From the NCBI GenBank assembly GCA_963663195.1, contig OY760136.1, forward strand, positions 4,359,079 through 4,423,078: a DNA stretch of 64,000 nt, given 5' to 3'. Source of the DNA: Vicinamibacterales bacterium. Lineage in GTDB: Bacteria > Acidobacteriota > Vicinamibacteria > Vicinamibacterales > UBA8438. Under the pieces are notes generated by a model that was not told the DNA's origin, searched no databases, and saw only the letters and a program-made list of their open reading frames with translations. The translations under genes were made by a program, and so were the position numbers. Below, piece by piece: positions 53,483-63,106 of this stretch (position 1 is its first letter; each line of letters begins with the position of its first letter).

Positions 53483-56058
53483 GGCGCCTCCTCGACCACG
53501 CGCAGCAGCAGCTCCTGCGCGCGCTCGTAGGTCGGCGCCATCTCGAGCGCCGCCAGCGCGGCGCGCCTGGCCGCGTCGAGCCGGCCGCCCAGCAGGTGGC
53601 TCTCCGCCAGGTCGCTCCAGGCCGACACGCGGTCTACCGTGCCGGCCTCCAGCGCCACGCTGAACTCCAGCGCCGCCGCGTCTGCGTCGCCGCGCGCCAG
53701 CGCCATCCGGCCGATCGCCAGGTGCGGCACGGGATCGAACGGGTCAATGCCGATCACGCGGTCGTACGCCAGGTTCATGCGGCGCTCGTCGCCCGCTTCC
53801 TCTGCCAGGGCGGCAAGCCGGCGGGCCGCTTCCAACGAGGTCTCGTCGACATCGAGCAGCAGCTCCAGCTCCCGCAGCGCGCGGTCGCGATCGCCCTGCG
53901 ACTCCGCGATCGCGGCGATCAGCCCGCGCGGACTGTCGATGCCCGTCATCATCGGCGCCAGCATCGCCGCCCGTTCGAGCGCGGCCAGCGCGGCGTCCAC
54001 CTCGCCCGCCTCGCGCAGCTCCCGCCCGAGCGCGAACTGGATCTCGAAGCGGCCGGGATGCTCCTCCGCCAGGCGCCGCAGCGCGTCGAGCTGCGCGGCA
54101 GGGTCGGGCTCGGGCGCCGGCTCCTGCGCGGGCGGCTCCACCGCTGCTTGAGGCGCCTCCGACTCCACCGGGCGAAGCGCCTCCTGCAGCGTGCCGAAGC
54201 GCTCGGCGACCGCCTCGTCGAAGCTCGCCTGCAGCGTGTCGAAGTCGAGACCGACGCTGGCCAGCGCCTCTTCGGTGTCGAGGCCGCGCCCGTACGCGGT
54301 GATCAGATCGTGCAGCACCGACTCGCTGTAGCGGTCGACGATGTGGGCCACCAGGATCGACGCCTGGAAGTACGCCAACGAAATGGTGCGCGGGTCCGAG
54401 AACCCGGCGTTGAGATCACGCAGCGACAGCACTGCATCGTCGTTGAGGGCCCGTGCGAACGACATCTGCTGGTCGCGGCCCCACGCCGGGCGGGCGCGCT
54501 GCTCCTCGTAAACCGACACCCCCTCGCTCAGCCAGCGCGGCAGGCGATTCGCCGACATCTGCAACGTGACCACGTGGGCGATCTCGTGCCACAGCGTCGC
54601 GCGCCAGTTGAAATCGCCGGGCGGGCGGGCGCGCGGAGAATCCATGGTCACCACCCGCCCGAAGCAGGCGCCCAGCGCCCCGATCATCCCCGGCAGCCCC
54701 AGGTTGCGCACGGCGAAGTCGTCGTGGCGCGGAAACACCTCGATCAGGATCGGTCCCTGGATCTCGATTTCGTAGAGCGCGGCCAGGGCGTCGAGCGCCT
54801 CCTGCGCAAGGGTCAGCACGTACTCCTGCAGGATCGGCGCCTCCGACGGATGGAGACGCACGATCAGGTCCCCCCGCTCAAACGTCTCGAACTCGTCGAG
54901 CGTGTCCATCATCTCCAGCAGGTTGTAGGTGATGACGTCGAACGGATCGTCGGCGAAGGAGCGCTCCAGGGCGGCCCGCGCCGCCGGCTCGTCGCCGGTG
55001 CGCAGCAGGTGCATGCCGAGCTCGGCGTGCGCCCGGCTGTTGCCGGGATCGATCTCGATCGCGCGGCGCACGAGCGCCACGGCCTCGTCGAAGCGGTACG
55101 CCCGGGCGGCGTGGCTGCCGGCGATGCGGTAGATGTCGCCGTAGACCGGGTTGATCTCCAGCGCGCGCGCCACCTCCGCCTCGAACTCCGGAATGCGGTC
55201 GTCCAGGTACGCCATGGCGGCCGCCAGCGAGCGGGCCTCCAGGCTGCCGGGATTGATCCGCAGCGCCTCGTCGAGCGCCGCGCGCGCGCCGTCGTCGTTG
55301 CGGTCGCCAAGCTCCTGGCCGGCGATGAACAGGTGCGCGGCGACGTTTTCCGGATCGATTTCCAGCGCCCGGTCGACCGCGCTGCGCGCCGTGGGCGGGT
55401 TCTCGTCGACCAGGGCCCGCGCCAGCCCGACCTGGGCCGGGACCCACTCTTCATCCAGCTTCAGGGCGTCGCTGTACGACTGCACCGCGTCGGCCTTGTT
55501 GTACTTGTCGAGGAACAGGTCCCCCCAGGCGGTCTGGATGGCGGGGTCCTCGGGGGCCGCGAGCGCGGCGGCGCGCAACATGCCGTTGGCCTGTCGAAAC
55601 AGCCCCAGAGCACGCGCCGCCAGGCCGCCGCGGTACTTGTCGACCGGCCGGCGCGAGCGCGCGCCGTACGCGGCGACGGCCTCCAGGCGCCCCGCCGCCT
55701 CGGCGGCGCGCCCGACGCGCTGCAGCAACAAACCCAACTCCAGCGCGGCAGCGCTCTCCGGAGCAGCCCGAGCGACCGGGCCGAGCAACGTCTCCGCCTC
55801 GGCGTAGCGGCCGCGGCGCACCAGTACGGCGGCGCGCACGGCGGCGGCGGGAGGATCGTCCGCGGCGCGCGCGGCAGCCAGCGCCTCGGCCGCGTCAAGC
55901 TGGCCGCGCGCCAGCGCGCGGGTGGTTTCCTGATGGAATTGCTGCTCCGCGGTGTAGGTCCCCGTATCCTGCGCGCTGAGCGGCGCCGGGGCGGACGCGA
56001 GTAGAACCGCGGCGAGCACGGCGGCGAGCGATGCGGCCCGCGGGTTCACCTGCAGCAT
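53479..56058 (-). CDS. Secreted TPR protein with peptidase MA-like (gluzincin) domain
   Basis: Signal peptide, many TPR-like helices, and WHEIAHVV...PRWLSEG (HExxH plus downstream E). Confidence 0.8.
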   Translation of the reverse strand: MLQVNPRAASLAAVLAAVLLASAPAPLSAQDTGTYTAEQQFHQETTRALARGQLDAAEALAAARAADDPPAAAVRAAVLVRRGRYAEAETLLGPVARAAPESAAALELGLLLQRVGRAAEAAGRLEAVAAYGARSRRPVDKYRGGLAARALGLFRQANGMLRAAALAAPEDPAIQTAWGDLFLDKYNKADAVQSYSDALKLDEEWVPAQVGLARALVDENPPTARSAVDRALEIDPENVAAHLFIAGQELGDRNDDGARAALDEALRINPGSLEARSLAAAMAYLDDRIPEFEAEVARALEINPVYGDIYRIAGSHAARAYRFDEAVALVRRAIEIDPGNSRAHAELGMHLLRTGDEPAARAALERSFADDPFDVITYNLLEMMDTLDEFETFERGDLIVRLHPSEAPILQEYVLTLAQEALDALAALYEIEIQGPILIEVFPRHDDFAVRNLGLPGMIGALGACFGRVVTMDSPRARPPGDFNWRATLWHEIAHVVTLQMSANRLPRWLSEGVSVYEEQRARPAWGRDQQMSFARALNDDAVLSLRDLNAGFSDPRTISLAYFQASILVAHIVDRYSESVLHDLITAYGRGLDTEEALASVGLDFDTLQASFDEAVAERFGTLQEALRPVESEAPQAAVEPPAQEPAPEPDPAAQLDALRRLAEEHPGRFEIQFALGRELREAGEVDAALAALERAAMLAPMMTGIDSPRGLIAAIAESQGDRDRALRELELLLDVDETSLEAARRLAALAEEAGDERRMNLAYDRVIGIDPFDPVPHLAIGRMALARGDADAAALEFSVALEAGTVDRVSAWSDLAESHLLGGRLDAARRAALAALEMAPTYERAQELLLRVVEEAP

Positions 56059-56094
56059 GTCGCCCGATTATATGCGCATGCCGCACCGCGGCCG

Positions 56095-56123
56095 GCCGCC
56101 GGGGGTTCGGAGCGCAGCCCCGA
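56095..56123. repeat. Diverged REP-like core copy
   Basis: GCCGCCGGGGGTTCGGAGCGCAGCCCCGA compared with the consensus GGGGGTTTGGGGCGCAGCCCCA. Confidence 0.65.
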
Positions 56124-56129
56124 GTGGTA

Positions 56130-56396
56130 CTAAAAAAACGCGAGGTTCTGGTGGGACGGAATCTCGAACCGCCGGCGGCACTTCTGGCAGACGACCATGT
56201 CGTCCACCCGCACGAGGTAGTTGCGCAGCTTGGCGAACAGTGCGCGGTCACGCTCGCCCGCGCCGCGGGGCAGGCGGCTCTTGCGGGTGCGGCGAATCCA
56301 GCGCACCTGGTAATCCCCCCGGAAGCGGCACTTCGGGCAGGAATAGGTGGCCGTCTTCGTCTCCGGCCGTTCGTCGAAGAATTCGCGCTCGTGCAC
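56130..56396 (-). CDS. Small basic Cys4 zinc-ribbon hypothetical protein (about 88 aa)
   Basis: CPKC...CQKC. The GTG start at 56396 is inferred because the ORF-track extension runs through a MITE. Confidence 0.6.
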   Translation of the reverse strand: MHEREFFDERPETKTATYSCPKCRFRGDYQVRWIRRTRKSRLPRGAGERDRALFAKLRNYLVRVDDMVVCQKCRRRFEIPSHQNLAFF

Positions 56397-56428
56397 GACG
56401 CCCCGTCCCGGCCGCGCTAGGCGGCCCG

Positions 56429-56588
56429 GCTCCCTGTGGCAAGACCCCGCGTCGCACAGAGACCGGGGAGGCGCCCGGCTGACAAGGCGCGAGGAGTGAG
56501 CATATTCCCAATATGTGAGCGACGAGCAACGCAGCTCAGCCGGGATGCATCGCCGGTCGAATGCAGCGGGGCTCTTGCCACAGGGAGC
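56429..56588. mobile_element. MITE family 2, complete copy (about 160 bp)
   Basis: TIRs GCTCCCTGTGGCAAGA / TCTTGCCACAGGGAGC (16/16), extendable with CCCCGC/GCGGGG. Central CATATT-CCC-AATATG hairpin. Ends at CTAG. Confidence 0.85.
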
Positions 56589-57295
56589 TAGCAGCCTTTG
56601 CGGAACGTGACCAGCGACCAGATCCGGGGGATGTTGACCTTCTTGATCGACACCGGCGTGAAACCGGTCTGCAGCAGGAATGCCGGCAGGTCGAGATCGG
56701 CCTTGAAGCCGATATGCACCGTCAGGGGCGACAGGATGCGCTCGCCCCATGCCATCGCACGGTTCTCGCTCCGGAAGTGATTGAGCACCACGACGTGACC
56801 GCCGGGGCGGCACACGCGGTGCATCTCGCGGGTGACCTGCACCGGGTCGGGGACGACGCTGATGACGAACGGGGCGTATACGAGATCGAAGGAGTCGTCC
56901 TCGAACTGGAGCTCGGCCGCGTCCATCTGCAGCAGATCGACATTGCGCACGCCGCGCGCCGCGATGCGGCGATCCGCCTTCGCCAGCATGGACGCCGAGA
57001 AGTCGATGCCGGTCACGTGGCAGTCCGGCGGGTATAAACAGGCGTTGATGCCCGTGCCGACGCCCACTTCCAGGATGCGGTCACCCGGCTGGAGCGGCAG
57101 ACGGCCGATGGCCTCGAGCCGTCCGGCCTGCAGCGTCGGTCCAAAGAACAGGTCGTACCACCACGAGATGTCCGTATAGACACGCTCGACGAATTCGTTC
57201 TCGACGGCGGTGACGGACAGCGCGCGGGTTGCCGCGTCCGAGCCGACGACAGCCTGATCGCGCCCCGAACCCGTCTGATCGAAGAGAGAAATCAA
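56588..57295 (-). CDS. Class I SAM methyltransferase, phosphatidylethanolamine N-methyltransferase (PmtA)-like
   Basis: Y...S.WYD..FG, ILEVGVGTG, MDA..L.F.D.SFD, VISVVPDP and LNHF motifs. The start is uncertain (TTG 57295 with GGAGA upstream). Confidence 0.75.
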   Translation of the reverse strand: MISLFDQTGSGRDQAVVGSDAATRALSVTAVENEFVERVYTDISWWYDLFFGPTLQAGRLEAIGRLPLQPGDRILEVGVGTGINACLYPPDCHVTGIDFSASMLAKADRRIAARGVRNVDLLQMDAAELQFEDDSFDLVYAPFVISVVPDPVQVTREMHRVCRPGGHVVVLNHFRSENRAMAWGERILSPLTVHIGFKADLDLPAFLLQTGFTPVSIKKVNIPRIWSLVTFRKGC

Positions 57296-57390
57296 GGGAT
57301 GGACATCTCCGTACCAGCCCCGGACTATATCCTGTCCCGTCGCGCACCGCAAGAAACGGGTATAGTGGTTGCTGCTCCGTACCGGTTGAC

Positions 57391-58722
57391 GTGAAGTTTC
57401 TCTCAGCGTCACAGTTCCTGCTCACGACACTCGTCGTCAAGGTGGCCGTCGTGGCCGTGCTGGCCACGATGCTGGTCCGCTTCCGGCAGTTCCGGCGCAT
57501 CCTGCTCACGGAACAGCGCGCCTGGCGCGAGCGTCTGGTATTCGCCGCGGCGTTCGGCCTGCCGCTGTGCGGCGGCGTCACCGCGCGCCTGCTGCTCGAC
57601 TACAACGCCAGCGACCTGTCGCTCGCCGGACCGTTCCTGACCGGGCTGATTGCCGGGCCCTACGCTGGCGCCATTGTCGGCGTTCTGGTCGGCGCGCCGG
57701 CGCTCATTGCCGGCGAGCTCATCGCCCTGCCGTTTGCCGTGGGCTGCGGTTTCAGCGGCGGCGGCCTGCGCGAGATTTGCCCCAAGGAGGCGATCTGGCG
57801 CTTCTCTCCCATGTTCTTCGCGGACCTGCACCGCTATGCGTGGCGGATGGTCAGCCGGCTGCGGATCGACTGGCTCGTCGGGCTGCTGGCGGCGCCGGTC
57901 GGCCTGGAGCTGCTCCGCCTGGGCCTCGGGCTGCGCTTCGGCGAACACCTGTTCCACATGCAGCCGCCCAACGTCTGGCTGGCCGTGGTGGTGGTCGCGT
58001 CCACCGTGATGTGCGTCGCGATCCCGATCAAGATATGGAACACCGCGCGCATCGAGCACCGCCTGCAGGAACAGGAGAAGCTGCTGCTGGCAGCCCGTCT
58101 CGAGGCGCTGTCCAACCAGATAAACCCGCACTTCCTGTTCAACACCCTGACCTCGATCTCCTCGCTCATCCGCTCGCAGCCGGATACGGCCCGCACGCTG
58201 ATACTGAAGCTGTCGAGAATGCTGCGGCGGCTGCTGCGAAGCGGGGAGCAATTCGTGACGCTGCGTGAGGAGCTGGCGTCCATCGACGAATACCTCGATA
58301 TCGAAACGGCGCGCTTCGGGCCGACGCTGGCGGTCGAAAAGGAGATCAGCACAGACAGCCTCGAGCTGATCGTGCCCAGCATGCTGCTGCAACCGCTCGT
58401 CGAGAACTCGATCAAGCACGGGCTCGCCCGCAAGGTCGGCGGCGGACGCGTCACGATCCGCAGCCGGCGGTCCGGAGAGCACGCGATCATCGAGGTGGCC
58501 GATAACGGCGCCGGCATGACCGCGGGCGCCGCCGGCGACGGCGGCAACGACGGCAACGGCGGCATCGGTCTGCGCAACGTGGACGAACGCCTGCGGGTGA
58601 TCTACGGGGAGAACTACCACCTGCGCTTCGAGAGCACCCCCGGCGAGGGGACCTGCGCGCGGATTCGGATCCCGCTGGTCGACGCGCCGCGGCCGGCGGC
58701 GATGCAGGCGGTCGGGAAGTGA
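57391..58722 (+). CDS. LytS-family membrane sensor histidine kinase
   Basis: Multi-TM N-terminus, QINPHFLFNTL, LQPLVENSIKHG, DNG.G and GIGLRNV.ERL. Confidence 0.93.
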   Translation: MKFLSASQFLLTTLVVKVAVVAVLATMLVRFRQFRRILLTEQRAWRERLVFAAAFGLPLCGGVTARLLLDYNASDLSLAGPFLTGLIAGPYAGAIVGVLVGAPALIAGELIALPFAVGCGFSGGGLREICPKEAIWRFSPMFFADLHRYAWRMVSRLRIDWLVGLLAAPVGLELLRLGLGLRFGEHLFHMQPPNVWLAVVVVASTVMCVAIPIKIWNTARIEHRLQEQEKLLLAARLEALSNQINPHFLFNTLTSISSLIRSQPDTARTLILKLSRMLRRLLRSGEQFVTLREELASIDEYLDIETARFGPTLAVEKEISTDSLELIVPSMLLQPLVENSIKHGLARKVGGGRVTIRSRRSGEHAIIEVADNGAGMTAGAAGDGGNDGNGGIGLRNVDERLRVIYGENYHLRFESTPGEGTCARIRIPLVDAPRPAAMQAVGK

Positions 58723-59507
58723 TGCCGCTGCGCGCGCTGGTGGTGGATGACGAGCAGCCGGCCCGGCAGGAGCTCTGCTTCCAGCTGGATCGGATCGGCG
58801 CGGTGGAGGTTGCCGGCCAGGCCGGCGACGGCATCGAGGCGCTGGCCCTGATCGACGCGCTGCACCCGGACCTCGTGCTGCTCGATATCCAGATGCCGGG
58901 GCGCAACGGCTTCGACGTGGCCCGCGAACTCCTGGCGCGTCAGGTCGACACCCGCATCGTGTTCGTGACGGCATACGACGAATACGCCATCGATGCGTTC
59001 GAGGTCAACGCGGTAGACTACCTCCTCAAACCGGTGGAGCCCGAGCGGCTCGAACGGGCCATAGAACGAGTCCGCCAACGGTTGGCGAACGAGCGGGCGG
59101 CGGGCGAGGGCGCGATGGGCGGCGAGGAATTGCGGCGCATCGTGCAGTACGTCACCGAACGGCAGGCCCGGCAGACGCAACTGGCGGTGAAGGTGGGTGA
59201 GCGATTTCAGCTCATCCAGGCGAGCGATATCATATATGCCGCGCTCGCCGACGACGCCATCACGGTCGTGACCCACGATTTGAGCGGCTCGTCGAGCTTC
59301 CGGACGCTCGACGAGCTGCAGGCGAATCTGGATCCGGCGGTGTTCTGGCGCGTACGGCGCTCGCACCTGATCAACATCAACAAAGTCAAGGAGATCGTGC
59401 CTTGGTTCAGTCGGAACTACATCCTGAAGATGCAGGACGCGAGCGGGACGGAGATCCCGGTGAGCCGCGCGCAAACCAAGCGGTTGCGGACGCACTTGAA
59501 TCTGTAG
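58722..59507 (+). CDS. LytTR-family response regulator
   Basis: VVDDE, LLDIQMP, VTAYDEYAIDAFEVNAVDYLLKP and a LytTR domain (F.RV.RS..IN, IPVSR). Confidence 0.95.
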   Translation: MPLRALVVDDEQPARQELCFQLDRIGAVEVAGQAGDGIEALALIDALHPDLVLLDIQMPGRNGFDVARELLARQVDTRIVFVTAYDEYAIDAFEVNAVDYLLKPVEPERLERAIERVRQRLANERAAGEGAMGGEELRRIVQYVTERQARQTQLAVKVGERFQLIQASDIIYAALADDAITVVTHDLSGSSSFRTLDELQANLDPAVFWRVRRSHLININKVKEIVPWFSRNYILKMQDASGTEIPVSRAQTKRLRTHLNL

Positions 59508-59563
59508 GCGACGATCCGTCCGAAGCCATCGAGCCGGAGCCCGCATGGGACCGCCGCCGCGCG

Positions 59564-60091
59564 GTGCTGCTGCGCCGCGTCGGCGAGGAGCTGGCGGCAT
59601 GGTTCAAGACGCTGGCCTCGGCCGCGGTCTACGCCACGCTCATCGTCACCTTCGGGTTCCAGGTGGCGCGGGTCGAGGGACGCAGCATGGAGCCGACGCT
59701 GCAGGATCAGGATCGGCTGATCGTCAACAAGGCCGCATACCAGTTCTTCGGCGAGCCGGAACCCGGGGACATCGTGATGCTGGATTATCCCCGCGACCCC
59801 GACAAGTCGTTCGTCAAGCGCATCATCGCGGAAGCGGGCGACACGGTCCGCATCGACAACGGTCGCGTATTCGTCAACGAGGTATTGCAGCCCGACCTGT
59901 ACGTGCCGCCGGAATTCCGCAGCTACGAGAACCACGGCCCGGAGGTGGTGCAGGAGGCGTACTACTTCGTGATGGGCGACCACCGCAACAACAGCTCGGA
60001 CAGCCGCCACTGGGGCCAGGTGCCCAAGGGCTACATCATCGGCCGGGTCCAGTTCCGCTGGTGGCCGCTGAGTGACATGCGCGTGTTTTAG
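59564..60091 (+). CDS. lepB: Signal peptidase I
   Basis: G.SMEPTL, GDIV, FVKRII and MGDHRNNSSDSR motifs. The start is uncertain. Confidence 0.92.
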   Translation: MLLRRVGEELAAWFKTLASAAVYATLIVTFGFQVARVEGRSMEPTLQDQDRLIVNKAAYQFFGEPEPGDIVMLDYPRDPDKSFVKRIIAEAGDTVRIDNGRVFVNEVLQPDLYVPPEFRSYENHGPEVVQEAYYFVMGDHRNNSSDSRHWGQVPKGYIIGRVQFRWWPLSDMRVF

Positions 60092-60095
60092 CAGG

Positions 60096-61886
60096 CTACG
60101 GGGTGTAGAGCTCGTCGATCAGGTCGCCCCACTTTTCGGCAATCACGCGGCGCTTGACCTTGAGGGTGGGCGTCAGCTCCCCGCCTTCGATGCTCAGCTC
60201 GGCCGGCAGCAACCGGTAGCGCTTGATCTGTTCGTACGCCGGCTGGCCGGCGTTGACCGCGGCCACGACGGGATCGTAGAGACCCTGCACGTCGCTGCGC
60301 CCCAGGAGCGCTTCCCTGTCGTCGGCCGGCGGCTCGCCGAGCGCCGCCGCGAGCGCGGCGAAGTCGGGCATGAGGAGGACCGTGACATACGGCCGCCGAT
60401 CACCGATCAACACCGCCTCGGCCACCAGCGCGTGCCGCTTGAGACGCTGTTCGACCGGCTGCGGCGCGATGTTCTTGCCGCCCGCCGTGACCAGCAGCTC
60501 CTTCTTGCGATCCGTGATGACGAGATAGCCCCCGTCGTCGAAGCGGCCGATGTCCCCGGTGTGGAACCAGCCGTCGCGGATGGCCTCGGCCGTCGCTTCC
60601 GGCTTGCCGTAGTAGCCGCGCATCAGGTTCGGGCCGCGGGCCAGGATCTCCCCGTCTTCCGCGATGCGAAGCTCCACGCGCGGCAGCGGCTGCCCGACCG
60701 TGCCGGGCCGTGCCGCGTCCAGCGGGTTGGTCGTCAGCACCGGCGCCGTCTCCGTCAGGCCGTATCCCTCCAGCACCGGGATGCCGACCGCGAGCAGGAA
60801 CTCGGCGACGTGGACCGGCAGCGGCGCGCCGCCCGAGCAGACGAAGCGCAGCCGGCCGCCCGTGCGGTCCCTGACCTTCGAGAGCGCGAGCCGGTCTGCG
60901 AGACCGGCAAGCAGCGGCGGCCGGCCGCCGTCGCGGGCCGCCCGCACCCGCGCGCCCCCCACGCCGACCGCCCAGTGGAAAAGGCGCTGGCGGATGGCCG
61001 GGGCCTTGGCCACCATCTCGTGCACGCGGGCGTGCAGCTTCTCGAACACGCGCGGCACGCCGGTCATCACGGTCGGCCGCACCTGCACCATGTCGCGCGC
61101 CACCGTGTCGAGCGACTCGGCGAATGTCACCCCAACGCCCTTGAACAGGTACATGTAGACGGTCGTGCGCTCGAAGGCGTGGCTCAGCGGCAGGAACGAC
61201 AACGCCTCGTCCGTCTCCTCGAAGTGCACGGCCGAATCCACGTCGACCAGGTTGGCCACGATGGCGCTGTGCGTCAGCATGACCCCCTTGGCGTCGCCGG
61301 TCGTGCCGGAGGTGTAGATGATGGTGGCCAGCTGCTCGGCGTCTATCGCCGCCGCGTCCTCCTTGTAGCGACGGGCCAGGCCATCCTCCGTCATCAGCCG
61401 CTGGTGGCCGCGCGCCTGCACCGCGGCAAGGGTCGTCTCGCCGTCCCGGCCGGCGCCGTCCTCACCGTCGATGAGGATCAACTCGCGCAGGTGCGGCAAC
61501 TCCGGCCGCACCTGGCGCACCTTGGCGGCCTGCACCTCGTCGGCGACGATGGCCACCTCGGCGCCGGAGTCGGCCAGGATGTAGCCGGCCGGCGCCGGCG
61601 GCAGGGTCGGGTAGATCGGCACCGTCACGGCGCCCGCGGTGAGTATCGCGAGGTCGGCGATCACCCACTCGGGCCGGCTGTCGCTCATCAGCGCCACCCG
61701 GTCGCCCGGCTTGACGCCAATCGCCGCCAACCCCAGGCTCAGGGTGCGAATCCTGTCGAACAGGTCGTTGCTGGAGTAATTGTCGAATCCTTGCGGCGTG
61801 CAGCGCCGCACCAGCGCCGGACGCGGGAAGCGGCCAACGAAGTGGAACGGCAGGTCGGCCAGCGTGGATATCTGTGATTCGGGCAT
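60096..61886 (-). CDS. Long-chain fatty acid--CoA ligase
   Basis: IIYTSGTTGDAKGV, EGYGLTET, WFHTGDIG, DRKKEL and LTPTLKVKR motifs. Confidence 0.93.
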   Translation of the reverse strand: MPESQISTLADLPFHFVGRFPRPALVRRCTPQGFDNYSSNDLFDRIRTLSLGLAAIGVKPGDRVALMSDSRPEWVIADLAILTAGAVTVPIYPTLPPAPAGYILADSGAEVAIVADEVQAAKVRQVRPELPHLRELILIDGEDGAGRDGETTLAAVQARGHQRLMTEDGLARRYKEDAAAIDAEQLATIIYTSGTTGDAKGVMLTHSAIVANLVDVDSAVHFEETDEALSFLPLSHAFERTTVYMYLFKGVGVTFAESLDTVARDMVQVRPTVMTGVPRVFEKLHARVHEMVAKAPAIRQRLFHWAVGVGGARVRAARDGGRPPLLAGLADRLALSKVRDRTGGRLRFVCSGGAPLPVHVAEFLLAVGIPVLEGYGLTETAPVLTTNPLDAARPGTVGQPLPRVELRIAEDGEILARGPNLMRGYYGKPEATAEAIRDGWFHTGDIGRFDDGGYLVITDRKKELLVTAGGKNIAPQPVEQRLKRHALVAEAVLIGDRRPYVTVLLMPDFAALAAALGEPPADDREALLGRSDVQGLYDPVVAAVNAGQPAYEQIKRYRLLPAELSIEGGELTPTLKVKRRVIAEKWGDLIDELYTP

Positions 61887-61890
61887 GGGA

Positions 61891-62376
61891 TTACTCCGCG
61901 CGGTACGTGCCGGACCGGCCGCCGGTCTTCTCGATCAGTCGGATGTCGCCGATCACCATGGAGCGGTCGGCAGCCTTGAGCATGTCGTAGACGGTGAGCG
62001 CCGCCGCCGAGACGGCGGTCAGGGCCTCCATCTCCACGCCGGTCGGCGCGGTCGTCGATACCCGCGCCTCGATCTCGTACCCCTCGTCCAGACTGCGCAG
62101 GTCGACCTCCACGTGCGACAGCGGGATGGGGTGACAGAGCGGAATCAGATCGGCGGTCCGTTTCGCCGCCATGATGCCGGCGATGCGGGCGGCCTGCAGC
62201 GGGTCGCCCTTCGCGATCCGGCCGTCGCGGATCAGCTGCCGGGCGTCGGCGCTCATGTCGATGCGGCCGCGCGCCACGGCGACCCGCGCGGTGGCCGGCT
62301 TGCCGCCTACGTCCACCATGCGCACGCGCCCGCGCTCGTCCACGTGCGACAGCGTCGCGGCCCTTTTTTCAGTCAC
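61891..62376 (-). CDS. moaC: Cyclic pyranopterin monophosphate synthase
   Basis: MVDV..K, AGIMAAKRT..LIPLCHP, TGVEMEALT, YDMLKA and KTGGRSG motifs. Confidence 0.97.
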   Translation of the reverse strand: MTEKRAATLSHVDERGRVRMVDVGGKPATARVAVARGRIDMSADARQLIRDGRIAKGDPLQAARIAGIMAAKRTADLIPLCHPIPLSHVEVDLRSLDEGYEIEARVSTTAPTGVEMEALTAVSAAALTVYDMLKAADRSMVIGDIRLIEKTGGRSGTYRAE

Positions 62377-63019
62377 GCTTCTGGTTCCGGCCCGCCTCGC
62401 GCGCCAGATAGAACGAGAGGCTTTCGAGCGATACGGTCAGGTCGACGCTCTTGAGCTTGACGTGCGGCGGCACGCGCAAGGCGCCGGGGGAGAAATTGAG
62501 CACGGCCGTGATGCCCGCCTCCACCACCGTGTGCACGACGTCTCTGGCGGACGCCTCGGGCACCGCGATCACCGCAATCGTAATCGCCTCCCGGCGGGCA
62601 ATCCGCTTGAGCTCCCGGATGTCGTGGATGGCGACGCCGCCGCGGGACACCCGACCGACTTTCGTCCGCAGGTTGTCGAACAGCGCGACAATCCGGAACC
62701 CCTCCTGGCGGAAGCCCGGGTAGTCGGCGAGCGCGAGTCCCAGGTTGCCCGCCCCGACGATGGCTACGCCGAGTTCCCGGTCGAGCCCCAGAATCGAGCG
62801 CAACTCCCGCCGCAGGTCCTCCACGACGTAGCCGACGCCGCGCACCCCCAAGGCGCCGAAGTGCGCCAGATCCTTCCGGATCAAGGCCGCCTTCATACCG
62901 AATTGCTCGGCCAGCGTCTTCGACGAGACCGTCCTGACGCCCTTGCCGTACAGCTCGTTGAGGAACCGCAGGTAGAGAGACAGCCGGTTCGTCGTCAGCT
63001 CCGAGATCTGGTCGGGCAT
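62369..63019 (-). CDS. rex: Redox-sensing transcriptional repressor Rex
   Basis: RLSLYLR, IRKDL..FG..G.RGVGY, VGAGNLG.AL and LNF.P motifs. Confidence 0.96.
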   Translation of the reverse strand: MPDQISELTTNRLSLYLRFLNELYGKGVRTVSSKTLAEQFGMKAALIRKDLAHFGALGVRGVGYVVEDLRRELRSILGLDRELGVAIVGAGNLGLALADYPGFRQEGFRIVALFDNLRTKVGRVSRGGVAIHDIRELKRIARREAITIAVIAVPEASARDVVHTVVEAGITAVLNFSPGALRVPPHVKLKSVDLTVSLESLSFYLAREAGRNQKRD

Positions 63020-63106
63020 CGGACATCCGCCACCGCAGGCTGCCGGTGGACAGCGATTCTATGGCCCGCCCCGGCCCCGGTCAAGGCGCTCCGGACGCGT
63101 GATAGG

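Noticed and set aside
57307..57383. CTCCGTACC direct repeat as a LytTR binding site
   Set aside because: The copies are 68 bp apart, unlike the roughly 21-22 bp period of LytTR sites, and could be chance.
63020..63106. Rex operator upstream of rex
   Set aside because: No TTGTGAA-N4-TTCACAA-like palindrome is visible.
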